Shown here: positions 40,836 through 57,576 of the stretch, in pieces
Numbering within the stretch: position 1 is the first letter of the stretch
Layout: every line of letters begins with the position of its first letter
Assembly: GCA_951406725.2 (NCBI GenBank)
Contig: OX597824.1
Location: 13,268,001-13,332,000 of the forward strand
Length of the DNA: 64,000 nucleotides
Direction of reading: 5' to 3'
Source: Octopus vulgaris
Lineage: Eukaryota
Made by a program: the position numbers and the translations under genes
Notes under the pieces: model-generated
Databases searched by the model: none
What the model was told of the DNA's origin: nothing
The model's input: the letters and a program-made list of their open reading frames with translations, nothing else

Positions 40836-41006
40836 CATATATACGACAGGCTTCTTTCAGTTTCCGTCTACCAAATCCACTCACAAGGCATTGGTCTGCC
40901 CGAGGCTATAGCAGAAGACACTTGCCCAAGATGCCACACAGTGGGACTGAACCCGGAACCATGTGGTTGGTTAGCAAGCTACTTACCACACAGCCACTCC
41001 TGCGCC
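40610..41006 (-). mobile_element. SINE family A, full length
   Basis: Reverse complement of the family-A sequence. Confidence 0.9.
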
Positions 41007-41149
41007 TGTATATGTATTCATATATTTCCATACAGAAATGTATTAACAAATGAATTTATTAATGATTTTGAGGTTAGGTAAGTGCTTCTATTATTAACAT
41101 TACATTTAATCTTGCAGTTAACAACATCTAAAACAGATTTTTAGTTATA

Positions 41150-41845
41150 TCCCTAATCATAATGTTAATTATTAAAATGAAGTTTAACCATAACACAAAA
41201 CGTTAATATAACCCTGAGTAAAACAACAATAAAACAAAAAAGATATAATCTGCCTCTAATCTTAACCCTAAATTTAATCCTAATACCAGCCCTAATTCTC
41301 TACTTATGCATAACATTGCCCCTAAAACAGTCCTAAATTTAGCCCTGCAGCTAATTTTAATCTCAATTTTAAAACTAACCTTTCATTAATACTAACTATT
41401 AAAGGAAACGTAGCTCTAACTCGAAACCTAATCTTAACCTTGCTAAACATTAATTAAACTCTGACTCTAACGTATTCTTAATTGTAATCAAACCCCAAAC
41501 TGAAATCGAAATTTAAGTTAAAATCGAATCCAAAAACTTGAACAAATGTTAATCCTAAACCAGTACTTAAAATTATATCGAACATTTACCATGAACCTTA
41601 AACGCAATCTAGCTCTCAGATTAAACCTAGGTTCAGTTCTAACCCTAAATTAATACTAAACGGTGACCCTTTTCAAACTAAGACTAAACCATAACCTAGA
41701 CCTAATCCTAACATTAATTTTTAACCAAGCCTAATAATAATTCTAATATCAAACCTAAACCTAGCATTAACCCTGCCTCAATCACTAATCCCAGATTTTA
41801 TTACCATTGATAATGAGCATAGCACAATTAACCCCAAACTCTAAT
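41150..41845. repeat. Highly degenerate (CCCTAA)n-like tract
   Basis: Recurrent aaccctaa/aatcctaa/aaacctaa variants with strong A/C strand bias. Confidence 0.6.
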
Positions 41846-41934
41846 ACATTACAGAAAGAAGCAGAGCATGAACGCAAGTATTACTGTTGAGGCTTCTATT
41901 AATTTTAGTCGTAAGTTACGCGTCACCAGACTAT

Positions 41935-43500
<1,566 letters not shown>

Positions 43501-43889
43501 GTAAAAGATGTGTAAACACTCAGTGCCTTAATGTCTAATTTTTACCTCCAAACTTGAACTTATCTTGGGGAATCAGTCAGGTTGTATTAGCTGCACAATA
43601 AATAAATAAATAAATAAATTAAGGGTCGTAACGTGGTGGTTTGATCTCCTACTGGAAGCGCAAAACTAAATATTCCTCGAGATTCGCTGTCAAAAAAGGA
43701 GGAAGAGGCATGTGTGTATGGCGGTTAATGGTTCCAAGAATACGATATACCTTAATGAAAAACGGTAGGATTACGACGAGAAATTGCTTAAATAGCAGGG
43801 CTGCTTAGCCATGGATGCCATGGGCTAAACAACAACGTTACAGAACGGCCTCTGGGAATCTATTGAAAACAGTTAACCAGCTACTCGAT

Positions 43890-44119
43890 GCGGCGAGCTG
43901 ACAGAAACGTTAACACGCCGGGCGAAATGCTTAGCGTATTTCGTCTGCGTTACGTTGTGAGTTCAAATTCTGCCGAGGCCGACTTTGCCTTTCATCCTTT
44001 CGGGGTCGATAAATTAAGTACCAGATACGCACTGGGGTCGTTGTAATTGACTTAATCCGTTTGTCTGTCCTTGTTTGTCCCCTCTGTGTTTAGCCCCTTG
44101 TGGGTAATAAAGAAATAGA
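43890..44119 (+). mobile_element. SINE family B monomer
   Basis: Head, core and tail are all present. Confidence 0.88.
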
Positions 44120-44137
44120 TATATAAAACTAAACACC

Positions 44138-44690
44138 GTGTGTGTGGTAAGTAGCTTTCTTAACAACCACATAGTTCAGGGTTCAGTCATAATGCGTGGT
44201 AGCTTCGGCAAGTGTCTTCTACTGTAGATTCTGGCCAAGCAAAGCTTGTGAGTGGATTTGGTTGACAGAAACTGAATGAAGCCCGTCGTATGTATATATA
44301 TTTTTAGCGCGCCGGAACTAAGACATTTGAAATTTTATCCCTAATGTAATCGGTAAAACTAAACACGTGTCTGTTTTGGCACAGAAAGCTGGGGTTAGTT
44401 TTTTTTCAGATTGCATTTACTCTGAACGATTGCACTGATGAAGCCACGGACATTTGAATTATGTAAGTAATTCTTTTGTTAAAGGCCGAAACCGAGGTAT
44501 GCAATTAATTCTGTTTTTTATATAAATTTTCATCTGTCCTGCCCGCCAAATTTGGTTCTGGTGTTCGCTGAATTTTTCCCCTAGAGAACTTTCTTTGTAG
44601 TTTGATCGTTGATGATCTATTTCTAGCATGTGGCAGACTACCTAGCAGTCTTGCCCTGTAAATATACACATGTAATTATATATATATGTG

Positions 44691-44757
<67 letters not shown>

Positions 44758-44776
44758 ATGTATATGTATATATATG

Positions 44777-44865
<89 letters not shown>

Positions 44866-45080
44866 ATGTTTCTGTGTCTGTCTTTGTTCCCCCAACATCG
44901 CTTGACAACCGATGCTGGTGTGCTTACGTCCTCGTCACTTAGCGGTTCGGCAAGAGAAACCGATAGAACAAGTACTAGGCTTACAAAGAATAAGTCCTGG
45001 GGTCGATTTGCTCGAATAAAGGCGGTGCTCCAGCATGGCCGCAGTCAAATAACTGAAACAAATAAAAGAATGAAACAATA
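44138..45080 (+). mobile_element. SINE family A interrupted in its internal (TA)n by a ~360-bp HHR module (44300-44660)
   Basis: 5' half at 44138-44290 and 3' half at 44870-45080. Confidence 0.8.
44429..44505 (+). ncRNA. Type I hammerhead ribozyme motif with a large loop II
   Basis: attgca CTGATGA agcc-(38 nt)-ggcc GAAA cc-ga-gg TA tgcaat: 6-bp stem I, GUA site, A-C mismatch at the base of stem II. Confidence 0.75.
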
Positions 45081-45083
45081 AAA

Positions 45084-45312
<229 letters not shown>

Positions 45313-45502
45313 TTATGCACGTATCTATATAGTGGTAGGTAGATAGATAGATAGATTATAGTACGTCTGCATTGACTTTATTGGTATGCACTCATACACA
45401 CACGTAAATATACATACATAGACACACATATATATATACGCATACGTACATACACATACACACGCGCACGCACGCACACACAGAGACAAACATATATATA
45501 TA

Positions 45503-45568
<66 letters not shown>

Positions 45569-45894
45569 CAGAACAAAGCAGGAAAGACGGAAAAATTGCT
45601 CTCATAAAATATTTAATTACGAAGCTAAATATTTTATGTTGAAACTCTCCTGTTTTACTTGGCTGTCTCTGTGCACTGGCTGACCTATTCAACTGTACAA
45701 GTGCAGTCGAATGAAACACAGACTATATAACAAGAGTCCTCTTAAAAGTTTCTCTCCGGGTATACACGAATACACTTGGAGTTCTAAACATTGGTTAATT
45801 GGCGTGCAATTCAAATTGAAGTAGCAATGTGTGCGTGTGCGTATGTGTGTACGTGCGTGCGCGTAGGTCTGTATGAGTGTTGTGTATGCTCGTG

Positions 45895-45933
<39 letters not shown>

Positions 45934-45934
45934 T

Positions 45935-46160
45935 ATTTCTTTACTACCCACAAGGGGCTAAACACAGAGGGGACAAACAAGGACAGACACACGGATTAAG
46001 TCGATAACATCAACCCCAGTGCGTAACTGGTACTTATTTAATCGACCCCGAAAGGATGAAAGGCAAAGTCGACCGCGGCGGAATTTGAACTCAGAACCTA
46101 GCGATAGACGAAATACCGCAAAGCATTTCGCCCAGCGTGCTAACGACTCTGCCAGCGCCT
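45935..46160 (-). mobile_element. SINE family B monomer
   Basis: Homology to other family-B copies. Confidence 0.88.
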
Positions 46161-46846
46161 ACAATATGCATACATATATACGTACAATGTATATATTTCT
46201 ACTTATATAAACACACAAACATATATGTATATTGATTTATACAGATATATGTCTGAGAGTACAGAGGGAGCAACAAAGAGAGAAAGCTAAAATTCATTAT
46301 CAATATCTTTATTCAACTTGCTTGTAATGTTACCGTTGTAACTCCGTGATTGTATCTGTTAGTATAAAACGATGCAGGTTATGGGTGAGGAGGTGATCTT
46401 ATGTGTTCATGTGAGTACTGCAATATGCCATAGTGACGAGGTAGCTGTAAAGTTGGAGAGCAATTCACAGAAGGATAAATTAGCGGATGAAAAGTATACG
46501 TATGAGCGTCAATGGTAAAGCATTTCAGTATGTATTTCTGGAAGTGGTGATACTTGCTGGAGAGCTCTGATTTTATATCTACACAATAGACAGATTTGTT
46601 GGGATTTATGTATATAGGACTATATTCAGCTATATATAAAACAAATTTGTCTATGATTTACATGTTTCGCGGTATCTTAATTTAATATCGAACACAGTAG
46701 CATTTTTTTTCAAAATCAAGACGTTATTAAGTAGTATAATGGCATTCACCTTTTGTTTATATCTTAAAAAGTATGTTTGAGATATTATTTTCTGACTTTA
46801 GAATACCCCATATCAATATTGTGTTTACGCTCGATATGGTCTTGTA

Positions 46847-47125
46847 CGAGGGGTGTACAAAAAGTGTTGAGCCTAACCTAGAAACGGGTCTGCTAGGTAG
46901 CTGAAACAATTTTTTCTGGTAAGGATAGTCTTTTCGGAGTATTCTTGCTCATTTTCATGATTTTGATATTTTAATTTTTTTTTTTTTGTTGCAGATTACA
47001 AGGAAAATGGAGAAAACTGAGTATCGTGCTGTCATAAAGTAGCTTCATTTGAAAGGCATGACTCCATCAGAAATCCATGAAGATATGGTGAGAACCTTGA
47101 CAGACAATGCTCCTTCGTATGTTTA
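46847..47125 (+). mobile_element. mariner 5' end (left TIR and N-terminal HTH fragment)
   Basis: ta+cgaggggtgtacaaaaagtgttgagcct, then MEKTEYRAVIK*LHLKGMTPSEIHEDMVRTLTDNAPSY. Confidence 0.85.
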
Positions 47126-47780
47126 AAAGGCATTGTAATTTTTACTAACCAACCATACAAAATAACTGGTCATACCCATATACTCAATACTTCTTAACCT
47201 CCTCAATTTAGATTGACCCAAACACGATAATTTACAAATTATCTTGTACACACAATATCACAGAAGCATTTGTACTACCTCTGACAGGAATCTTAACGCT
47301 GTGTCTCTCAGTAACATCCACATTGCTAATGATTCTGAAAGCAGATTTTCTGTTTTCTAAATGAAATATCTTACAAGTTTACATACGTATATCGTCAAAC
47401 ACTGTATTACTGATTGTGGTTATAACTAGTTATAACGTTACAGTCGGTTTAGCACCGAATATTGCCACGAGACAATATTGATTTCAATGTTTGATAAAAC
47501 ATTTCGAGGCTATTCCAGGAATGAGGTATATCAGTTGCATCACTTAACACCAGTGTTCAACGAGTACATATTTTAGAAAAGAAAGATAAAGTCGACCCTG
47601 GAAGCATTTGAACAGAGAACGTTGGAAGAATTTCCGGCGTGGTAACAATTGGCAACATTGTATAATGGCAATATTCGACGCAAAACCAACGGGAATATTC
47701 TAACCTGTTATATGCCATAATCAGTAATTTGTTGTTTTACGATATATTATTGGATACTCGGTCTATTTTGTGGAAACTAA

Positions 47781-47861
<81 letters not shown>

Positions 47862-48174
47862 TGGTGTGTTTACGTCCTCTTCAAAAAAAGACCGATGGAA
47901 TGAGTGATAGGTTTACAAACAATAAATCCTGGGGGCGATTTCTTCGAGCAAAGGTGGTGCTCCACCATGGCCGCAGTCAAATGACTGAAACAAGTAAAAG
48001 AATAAAAGAATATAAATATATATATATAAGAAAATAGTAAAGTGTGAAAAAACGACAGAAGGCTTAAATGTTAAAAAATATATATATTTGTGTCAAAATG
48101 TCTGGAGTCGTTTTTTCACACTTTACTATTTTCTTATATATTCACCCACGTGCTTTACCAAACAAACTTTCTTA

Positions 48175-48247
<73 letters not shown>

Positions 48248-48280
48248 CTGTGTGTTTATAATTATGTGTATATATGTATA

Positions 48281-48316
<36 letters not shown>

Positions 48317-48370
48317 GTTGAACTGTTAATCTCTACACATTTTTCTCTATCCGTTTTTTTCCCTTTCAAT

Positions 48371-48408
48371 CTTTTCTGCTGAAGAGCGTAGGCTCGAAAC
48401 GTAAATGA
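48371..48408 (+). ncRNA. Hammerhead-like motif with a CUGCUGA core (module ~48315-48490)
   Basis: cttttCTGCTGA a gagc-gtag-gctc GAAA cg TA aatga. Same family as 27492 and 34113. Confidence 0.55.
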
Positions 48409-48781
48409 CATTTCCATTCTTCCCGAGTGTTAAACTATTATACCTGCTTGTTGCACCTACACCTGGCTTTGTCTTTTGTTTTACATATATACTTAGCATT
48501 ACATCAACCTGATCAAACAAATCGATAATGGATGGCGATCTAGCAAAGACAATCCCATTTTTTTTCAAAACTAGTGTACCGAGATCAACATTTCCTAATA
48601 CGGCCTAATTTTAGTTTAACAAAGTATGATGCAATATTTTCAGCCAACTTTGACTGCCGCGTCTGTAATGTCACGTCGTTGCGCTTAGATAGTTCCACGT
48701 TGGTTCAATGTACTACAGCTGTTGTCTTTCTATATAGATTAGTTTTTATACAGCAATGTCATGCCCTCATTTTTCAATTAT

Positions 48782-49160
48782 TGGAAGCACTCCGTCGGTT
48801 ACGACGACGAGGGTTCTGGTTGATCCGATCAACGGAACAGCCTGCTCGTGAAATTAACGTGTAAGTGGCTGAGCACTCCACAGACACGTGTACCCTTAAC
48901 GTAGTTCTCGGGGATATTCAGCGTGACACAGAGTGTGACAATGCCGGCCCTTTGAAATACAGGTACAACAGAAACAGGAAGTAAGAGTGAGAGAAAGTTG
49001 TGGTGAAAGAGTACAGCAGGTATCACCACCATCCCTGCCGGAGCCTCGTGGAGCTTTAGGTGTTTTCGCTCAATAAACACTCACAACGCCCGGTCTGGGA
49101 ATCGAAACCGCGATCCTACGACCGCGAGTCCGCTGCCCTAACCACTGGGCCATTGCGCCT
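48782..49160 (-). mobile_element. SINE family C (head type 2, tail X), full length
   Basis: tRNA-like head on the minus strand. Flanking ttttcaattatt / tttcaattatt direct repeat. Confidence 0.9.
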
Positions 49161-49372
49161 TTCAATTATTATAGACAGTATTAAAGCGAGTTCTAATTCT
49201 ATTACCCACCGTGTGCCAGTGGTATCTCAATATGTATTAATTTCTACCACGTTTGAAGTCATCAGTTCTAGTAACTGAGGCAAAAATATCTCTTGTTTTT
49301 AACCACATTTTTAGTTAAATTATATGCTAGTGTTTCTGACGTGTTTTTGAACAGACGCAGTTTTACTATATA

Positions 49373-49603
49373 TTTTTCTTTAGTACCCCCAAGCGGCTAA
49401 ACATAGAGGGGGCAAACGAGGACAGACAAACGAATTAAGTCAATTACATCGACCCCAGTATGTAACTGGTACTTAATTTATCGACCCCGAAAGGATGAAA
49501 GGCAAAGTCGACCTCGGCGGAATTTGAACTCAGAACGTAACGGCAGACGAAATACGGCTACGCATTTCTCCCGGCGTGCTAACATTTCTGCCAGCTCGCC
49601 GCC
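49373..49603 (-). mobile_element. SINE family B monomer with TSD
   Basis: acgcagttttactatata on both flanks. Confidence 0.9.
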
Positions 49604-50334
49604 TTACGCAGTTTTACTATATAGCCTACCTTCCCTACACATTGCTCAACACTTAGAAAATAATAGATACTTTAATTCGTATACCAGCACGAATTTCTGA
49701 GAAAGACACCTGACATAAAGTAATTCAGAAGTATTATGCAATAAGGCTGATGCAGCATATTGGTCTAGCTAAGTGCAGCTTTCTATTCAATGTTTAGCAT
49801 GGCCTTAAAGTAATGATAAGGAGAGATGAAACCTCTTCAATGAAGCCCAGGCTTTCCGGCCCTTAATAAAGAATTCAAAATTTGAATACTGGAAAGCGCT
49901 GCGTGTTAATGGTGAAAGGTAAAAATCTATCCAGTTCTCGCCCGTTAATCCTTTTTATCCGAACTCAAATAATAGCGTCTGTCTCAATTTGCAACGGCTG
50001 TATTTAGTTTTAAAGTGATTGCACGGTTTATAAACCATCAAACATCTAATCTGTACTAAACAGTACCATTCAACTGGTAGTTAAGCATCTTATGCTCGTC
50101 ACAGGCATTACTACAGGAATGTAGTGTATTTGGGCTGTGTCGCTCCTTCTTTACTTTTTCTTTTTTGTTTCTGGTGAAAGAACATATATTATTAATATAA
50201 AAATAACACTATACTGGCGAAAACCTCGTGAATGATGAATTCAGTTTGAACATATGTAAGTCAATGGCTAGAAAAACAGCATAGAGTGGAGTAGTGGTCA
50301 TACCAGAGGATTTCAATTTTGGAGAGGTGGGAAG

Positions 50335-50800
50335 GCCGGGCGAAATGCTTAACGGTATTTCGTCTGTCGTTACGTTCTGATTTCAAATTCCGCCGAGGTT
50401 GACTTTGCCTTTCATCCTTTCGGGGTCGATAAATTAAGTACCAGTTACGCACTGGGGTCGATTTAATCGACTTAATCCGTTTGTCTGTCCTTGTTTGTCC
50501 TCTCTGTGTTTGGCCCCTTGTGGGTAGTAAAGAAATTTCGTCTGCCGCTACGTTGTGAGTTCAAATTCCGCCGAGGTCGACTTTGCCTTTCATCCTTTCG
50601 GGGTCGATAAATTAAGTACCAGTTGCGCACTGGGATCGATTTAATCGACTTAATCCATTTGTCTGTCCTTGTTTGTCCTCTCTGTGTTTGGCCCCTTGTG
50701 GGTAGTAAAGAAATTTCGTCTGGCGCTACGTTGTGATTTCAAATTCCGCCGAGGTCGACTTTGCCTTTCATCCTTTCGGGGTCGATAAAGTAAGTACTAG
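50335..50800 (+). mobile_element. SINE family B trimer, ends truncated
   Basis: Junction taaagaaatttcgtctg occurs twice. Confidence 0.88.
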
Positions 50801-51371
50801 ACCAATCAACATGAGCGAAATTATAACTCAAAACTTCAAGAGATCTAAGTAAATACCATTACATATTTTGTCCCACGCTGAGTCCATTTAAAGAGAGAGG
50901 TTCATTAAGGAATTCTCATCTCACAATTTTGAAACTTGGACACGTTGCAATTTTGTATATGATAAGACAGCTCTTTCTTAAAACTATCTGGGCATGTTTC
51001 TTTTGTCAGATATATATATATTTATATTTATTTTTGACGTGTTTACATTAATATATTGCCAAAATAACAACAGCTGCAATATCAACAAAACAATCTAAAA
51101 CAGATCTATTGACTACGCAATAATAAGAACGATTTCTTTGTTGCAAGGTCAAGAAAAAGTGCGAAACGATTTCAAATCGACCCGTGCGTATTTTGCACCT
51201 CCTAATATGCTCAGAGGGCTGTAAGAACGTCACAACAGATGTGAATATGCCGGATCAGTGAATATGCCGGATCAGTGAATAGTTAGATCAAGTTGATTAA
51301 GGACTATTGCTGTTAGGACGCTTTTCTCGGCGTCTGTCATTCTGTCCGTCTGTTTGCCTATCGATATCTCA

Positions 51372-51424
51372 TCATACATACATACATACGTACATACATA
51401 CATACATAAATACATACATACATG

Positions 51425-51455
<31 letters not shown>

Positions 51456-51526
51456 GCATACATACATATATGCATACATACATACATACATACATACATA
51501 CGTACATATATACATATATGCATACA

Positions 51527-51560
<34 letters not shown>

Positions 51561-51574
51561 CATATATGCATACA

Positions 51575-51607
<33 letters not shown>

Positions 51608-51658
51608 GCATACATACATACGTACATACATACATACATATATGCATACATACATACA

Positions 51659-51692
<34 letters not shown>

Positions 51693-51728
51693 CATACATA
51701 CATATACATACATACATACATACATACA

Positions 51729-51762
<34 letters not shown>

Positions 51763-51891
51763 CATATATGCATACATACATACATACATACATACATACA
51801 TACACACATACATATATATATACATACATACATATATACATATATGCATACATACATACATACATACATACATACATAATACATATATGCA

Positions 51892-51925
<34 letters not shown>

Positions 51926-51931
51926 CATACA

Positions 51932-51965
<34 letters not shown>

Positions 51966-52005
51966 CATACATACATACATACATACATACATACATACAT
52001 ACATG

Positions 52006-52036
<31 letters not shown>

Positions 52037-52067
52037 GCATATATACATACATACATACATACATACA

Positions 52068-52100
<33 letters not shown>

Positions 52101-52219
52101 GCATACATACATGCATATATACATACATACATACATACATACATACATACATACATACATACATACATACATACATACATACATACATACATACATACAT
52201 ACATACATACATACATACA

Positions 52220-52255
<36 letters not shown>

Positions 52256-52270
52256 TGCATACATACATAC
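51372..52270. repeat. ~900-bp (ACAT)n tetranucleotide array
   Basis: Direct inspection. Confidence 0.95.
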
Positions 52271-52487
52271 GTACACACACAGACATAATTTTATATATAT
52301 ATGTAGAGAGAGGAGCAGGAGTGGCTGTCGGGTAAGAAGCTTGCTAACCAGCCACATGGTTCCGGGTTCAGTTCCACTCCGTGGCACCTTGGACTAGTGC
52401 CTTCTACTATTGCTACAGGGCGACCAAAGCCCTGTGAGAAGATTCGGTAGACTGAAACTGATAGAAGCTCGTGGTGTATATATACAA

Positions 52488-52580
<93 letters not shown>

Positions 52581-52716
52581 CGCATATACATATACTACTG
52601 CATGTGTGTTTTCTTCTAATACTTTCTAATGCTTTGGAATAAGCAGACACTCTTGAATGTCTACCGGATGATCTATGTCGTTTTGTATTCCCTCCATTCC
52701 ATGTTCTTATGTGCCG

Positions 52717-52819
<103 letters not shown>

Positions 52820-53254
52820 GATTCCCAGAGCGTTTCTGGCAATGGGAAACAGCGCAGAAAGATAATGCTTGACAGGGTCAGAGTCGTACCTTTAACTAAA
52901 AAGCAGTCAACATAAGTGATTGAGTTGCACTATTGGACCACCTGGTCGAGATAAATAGACCAATATCGGCGCTAAGCGGTGTTTAAGAATTAGGTATAAT
53001 ATGTTAGTAACATATTTTACTTCTAAATGTCAATTTCACTGCAGTTATCACAGAGAAAATATCTTTTTTTATGGTAAAATGTGCGCTGATTATGCCTGTA
53101 TTTTACTTAAAGATACGGCTTGGAATTTGCCAAGGGTTATCTCTCTTCGGTTTTTTTCATTTTCAGGAAGGCGAAAGAGCGAATTTCGCGCGACTGGGAA
53201 TGCGAAAGGGAAAGAAGACAAATAGGCTGTTTTAACCATTTTATCATAATATAT

Positions 53255-53313
<59 letters not shown>

Positions 53314-53449
53314 GATAGAGATTACTTATATGAACTAATGGTGTGTTTTTGACAATGTTTACATCGGTATGCACGCTCTATAACCGTGTTCACTAGGGGG
53401 TTTTTAGAAAAAAATAATGAAAGCAGTTCAGAATTACAGAGAAGACAGA

Positions 53450-54526
<1,077 letters not shown>

Positions 54527-54579
54527 ATATATATATATATAAATAAATATACACATACATGTATATATATATATATATA

Positions 54580-54828
54580 TTACCGTGACCGACCAGCTAT
54601 CAGATGTTGCTACACATTGCTGGTCATAATGCGCTTCGCATTGTTTTAGCCTTCAAATGACGCCACCCCGCTGGCTAAGCGAGCAGGCCAACAGAAGAAA
54701 GAGTGAGAGAAAGTTGTGGCGAAAGAGTACAGCAGGGATCGCCACCACCCCCTGCCGGATCCTCGTGGAGCTTTAGGTGTTTTTGCTCAATAAATATTCA
54801 CAACGCCCGGTCTGGGAATCGAAACTTC
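54580..54828 (-). mobile_element. SINE family C (head type 2, tail Y), 5'-truncated
   Basis: Homologous to 34230-34510. Confidence 0.8.
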
Positions 54829-55102
54829 GATCGGCTGTACAACTTTATGGAGTTTGGAATTATAGTATTGGTATTTACTCAAGACAACGTGGGAACCAAA
54901 GATACGTTTGGGCAAACTGATGGAAATAATAGCTGAATATCCCTTAGTTGTCATTCTCCTGCGTTGGATAAGAATAAGGCAACGGAAAATATCGACCTGG
55001 ATGTACAAACTGGAGGACAATGCTGGAACATTTTTTTTACCTTGGTTGCTCGTTAAGGATTGAATTAGGACTAATCAACCACATATACAATAGCAGCAAC
55101 AG

Positions 55103-56447
55103 CAGCCGTTCAAGAATTTGGACCTGGAGATCTCCATTTCCAGCGACTTCGAGGGTCACACCTCCCTGGGGTGTCGGGCGTCAACGAAGAGCCCTCGACT
55201 ACAACAAGACGACCAAAGTTTTTTCTTTTTTTTTTCCAAGGTCTGGGGTCTCCCGCCCCTAAGCCCTAGGACCATCACCTAATCACCCTTACCAGTCTTA
55301 ACAACAACAACAACAACGACATCAGAATCAACAACAGTAGCAACACCACCACAACCACCACCACCACAACCACCACCACCACCACAACCACCACCACCAC
55401 CACCACCACCACCACCACCACCACCACCACCACCACCACCACCACCACCACCACCACCACCACTACCACCACCACCACCACCACCACAACCACCACCACC
55501 ACCACCACCACCACCACCACCACCACCACCACAACCACCACCACCACCACCACTACCACCACCACCACCACCACCACCACCACTACCACCACCACCACCA
55601 CCACCACTACCACCACCACCACCACCACCACTACCACTACCACCACCACCACCATCGCTTCCAACAACATCAGCATCAACAACAGCCGTTCAAGAATTTG
55701 GACCTGGAGATCTCCACTTCCAGCGACTTCGAGGGCCACCTCCCTGGGGTGTCGGGCGTCAACGAAAAGCCCTCGACTACAACAAGACGACCAAAGTTTT
55801 TTTTTTCTTTCCAAGGTCTGGGGTCTCCCGCCCCTAAGCCCTAGGACCATCACCTAATCACCCTTACCAGTCTTAACAACAACAACAACAACGACATCAG
55901 AATCAACAACAGTAGCAACACCACCACAACCACCACCACCACCACCACCACCACCACCACCACCACCACCACCACCACCACCACCACCACCACCACCACC
56001 ACCACCACTACCACCACCACCACCACCACCACTACTACCACCACCACCACCACCACCACCACCACCACCACCACCACCACCACCACCACCACCACCACCA
56101 CCACAACCACCACCACCACCACCACCACTACCACCACCACCACCACCACCACCACCACCACCACCACCACCACCACTACCACCACCACCACCACCACCAC
56201 TACCACTACCACCACCACCACCATCGCTTCCAACAACATCAGCATCAACAACAGCCGTTCAAGAATTTGGACCTGGAGATCTCCACTTCCAGCGACTTCG
56301 AGGGCCACCTCCCTGGGGTGTCGGGCGTCAACGAAAAGCCCTCGACTACAACAAGACGACCAAAGTTTTTTTCTTTCCAAGGTCTGGGGTCTCCCGCCTC
56401 TAAGCCCTAGGACCATCATCTAATCACCCTTACCCGTCTTGTTGCTT
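55103..56447. repeat. Tandem array of three ~190-bp modules separated by two (AAC)(ACC)n linkers (period ~570-580 bp)
   Basis: Modules start cagccgttcaagaatttggacc at 55103, 55683 and 56252. Confidence 0.92.
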
Positions 56448-56942
56448 AGCAACAACAACAATCAGTAGCAGCAGCAGCAAAACCTACAGAAAGAGCAAAT
56501 GTAACAACTGCGAAAGTAGAATAGGTAAAACTAAATCGTAGCCGTCTTAGTGAGGTTCTTCGAAATTAGGATATAGAGGCGATGCTGCTAAGTATTGCAG
56601 CATAGTTATTTCGGCACCTTTATTTGTTTCTGATATTTTCAGTCTCTGGGGCACCGCTTAGAAGGGATTAGTCGCACAAACAGACACCAGTTCTCACTTT
56701 TAAGTTTGGTACTTATTCAATCAATATGACTTGCGGAATACAACCACACACACACACCGTGCGCACGATGGCGTTCTGCACAGTTTCCTTCTATCAAATT
56801 CTCTCTCAAGGCATTGGTCGACCTGGTGCTATGATAGAGGAGACTTACTCAAGGTGCCGCGCTTCGGTACTGAACACGAAACCACTTGGCTACAAAGAGA
56901 CCGACTTCATCAAATAACCATGTATGTGCCTACCTGCCATGT

Positions 56943-57212
56943 GGAGGCACATGGCCTAGTGGTTAGAGCAGCGGACTTGCTGTCGAGGAATCGCGTGTTC
57001 GAATCTCAGCCCGGGCGATGTGTGTGTTTATGAGCGAAACACCTAAGCTCCACGCGGCTCCAGCAGAAGTTAATGGCTAACTTCTACTGACTCTTTCGCC
57101 ACAACTTTCTCTTGCTTTTTCCTCCTGCATCTTGCAGCTCACCTGCGACGACCGCCAGGGAAACCGGGAAACCGGCTCTTTTGAGCCAGGCATGGCTCGA
57201 GAAGGAACAAAC
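56943..57212 (+). mobile_element. SINE family C variant (head type 2-like, tail Z)
   Basis: Head ggcacatggcctagtggttagagcagcggact...gttcgaatctc. Tail gagccaggcatggctcgagaaggaac also occurs at 60310-60460 (minus). Confidence 0.8.
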
Positions 57213-57576
57213 TACCTGCCTACCACATTATTTTTAAGCGTTTTTTTTTATTACGCATGCGGGCTAACATGGAGGTGACAAAACAAAACATGTGGGACAT
57301 AAAACATATATAAAAAAAATAGAAATGAATATTCTAATGTAAGAAGACACGTATATGAAAAATGGAAATGGAACTACTTGCCCCCACGTACGAGTGGCCT
57401 CATTTTCTACTTTTTAAATCCTGAACCTTCCAACACATCGATACCTATTTCCTCTAACCTCCTATCGTACGTCGTAAAGTCTGGCAATGAGCTCCAGCTG
57501 CGGTCCACCTTCCAAAAATAAAATCCAACCACATACTCTTGTATTTTTTCCTCTTGCTTCTTATCTGGTATTATAA

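Noticed and set aside
49085-49160. tRNA gene
   Set aside because: It is the tRNA-derived head of a TSD-flanked SINE and continues into the SINE body. The same applies to the other heads.
51272-52397. Long ORFs of 290-370 aa (YVCM/IHTY repeats)
   Set aside because: They are translations of a stop-free (ACAT)n microsatellite.
55830-55870. Twister or HDV ribozyme in the 190-bp module (cctaagccc)
   Set aside because: I could not build the required P1/P2/pseudoknot pairings on either strand by eye.
55275-56419. Two paralogous poly-Val ORFs
   Set aside because: They arise from (GGT)n linkers, and the variable T-run shifts the frame between module copies.
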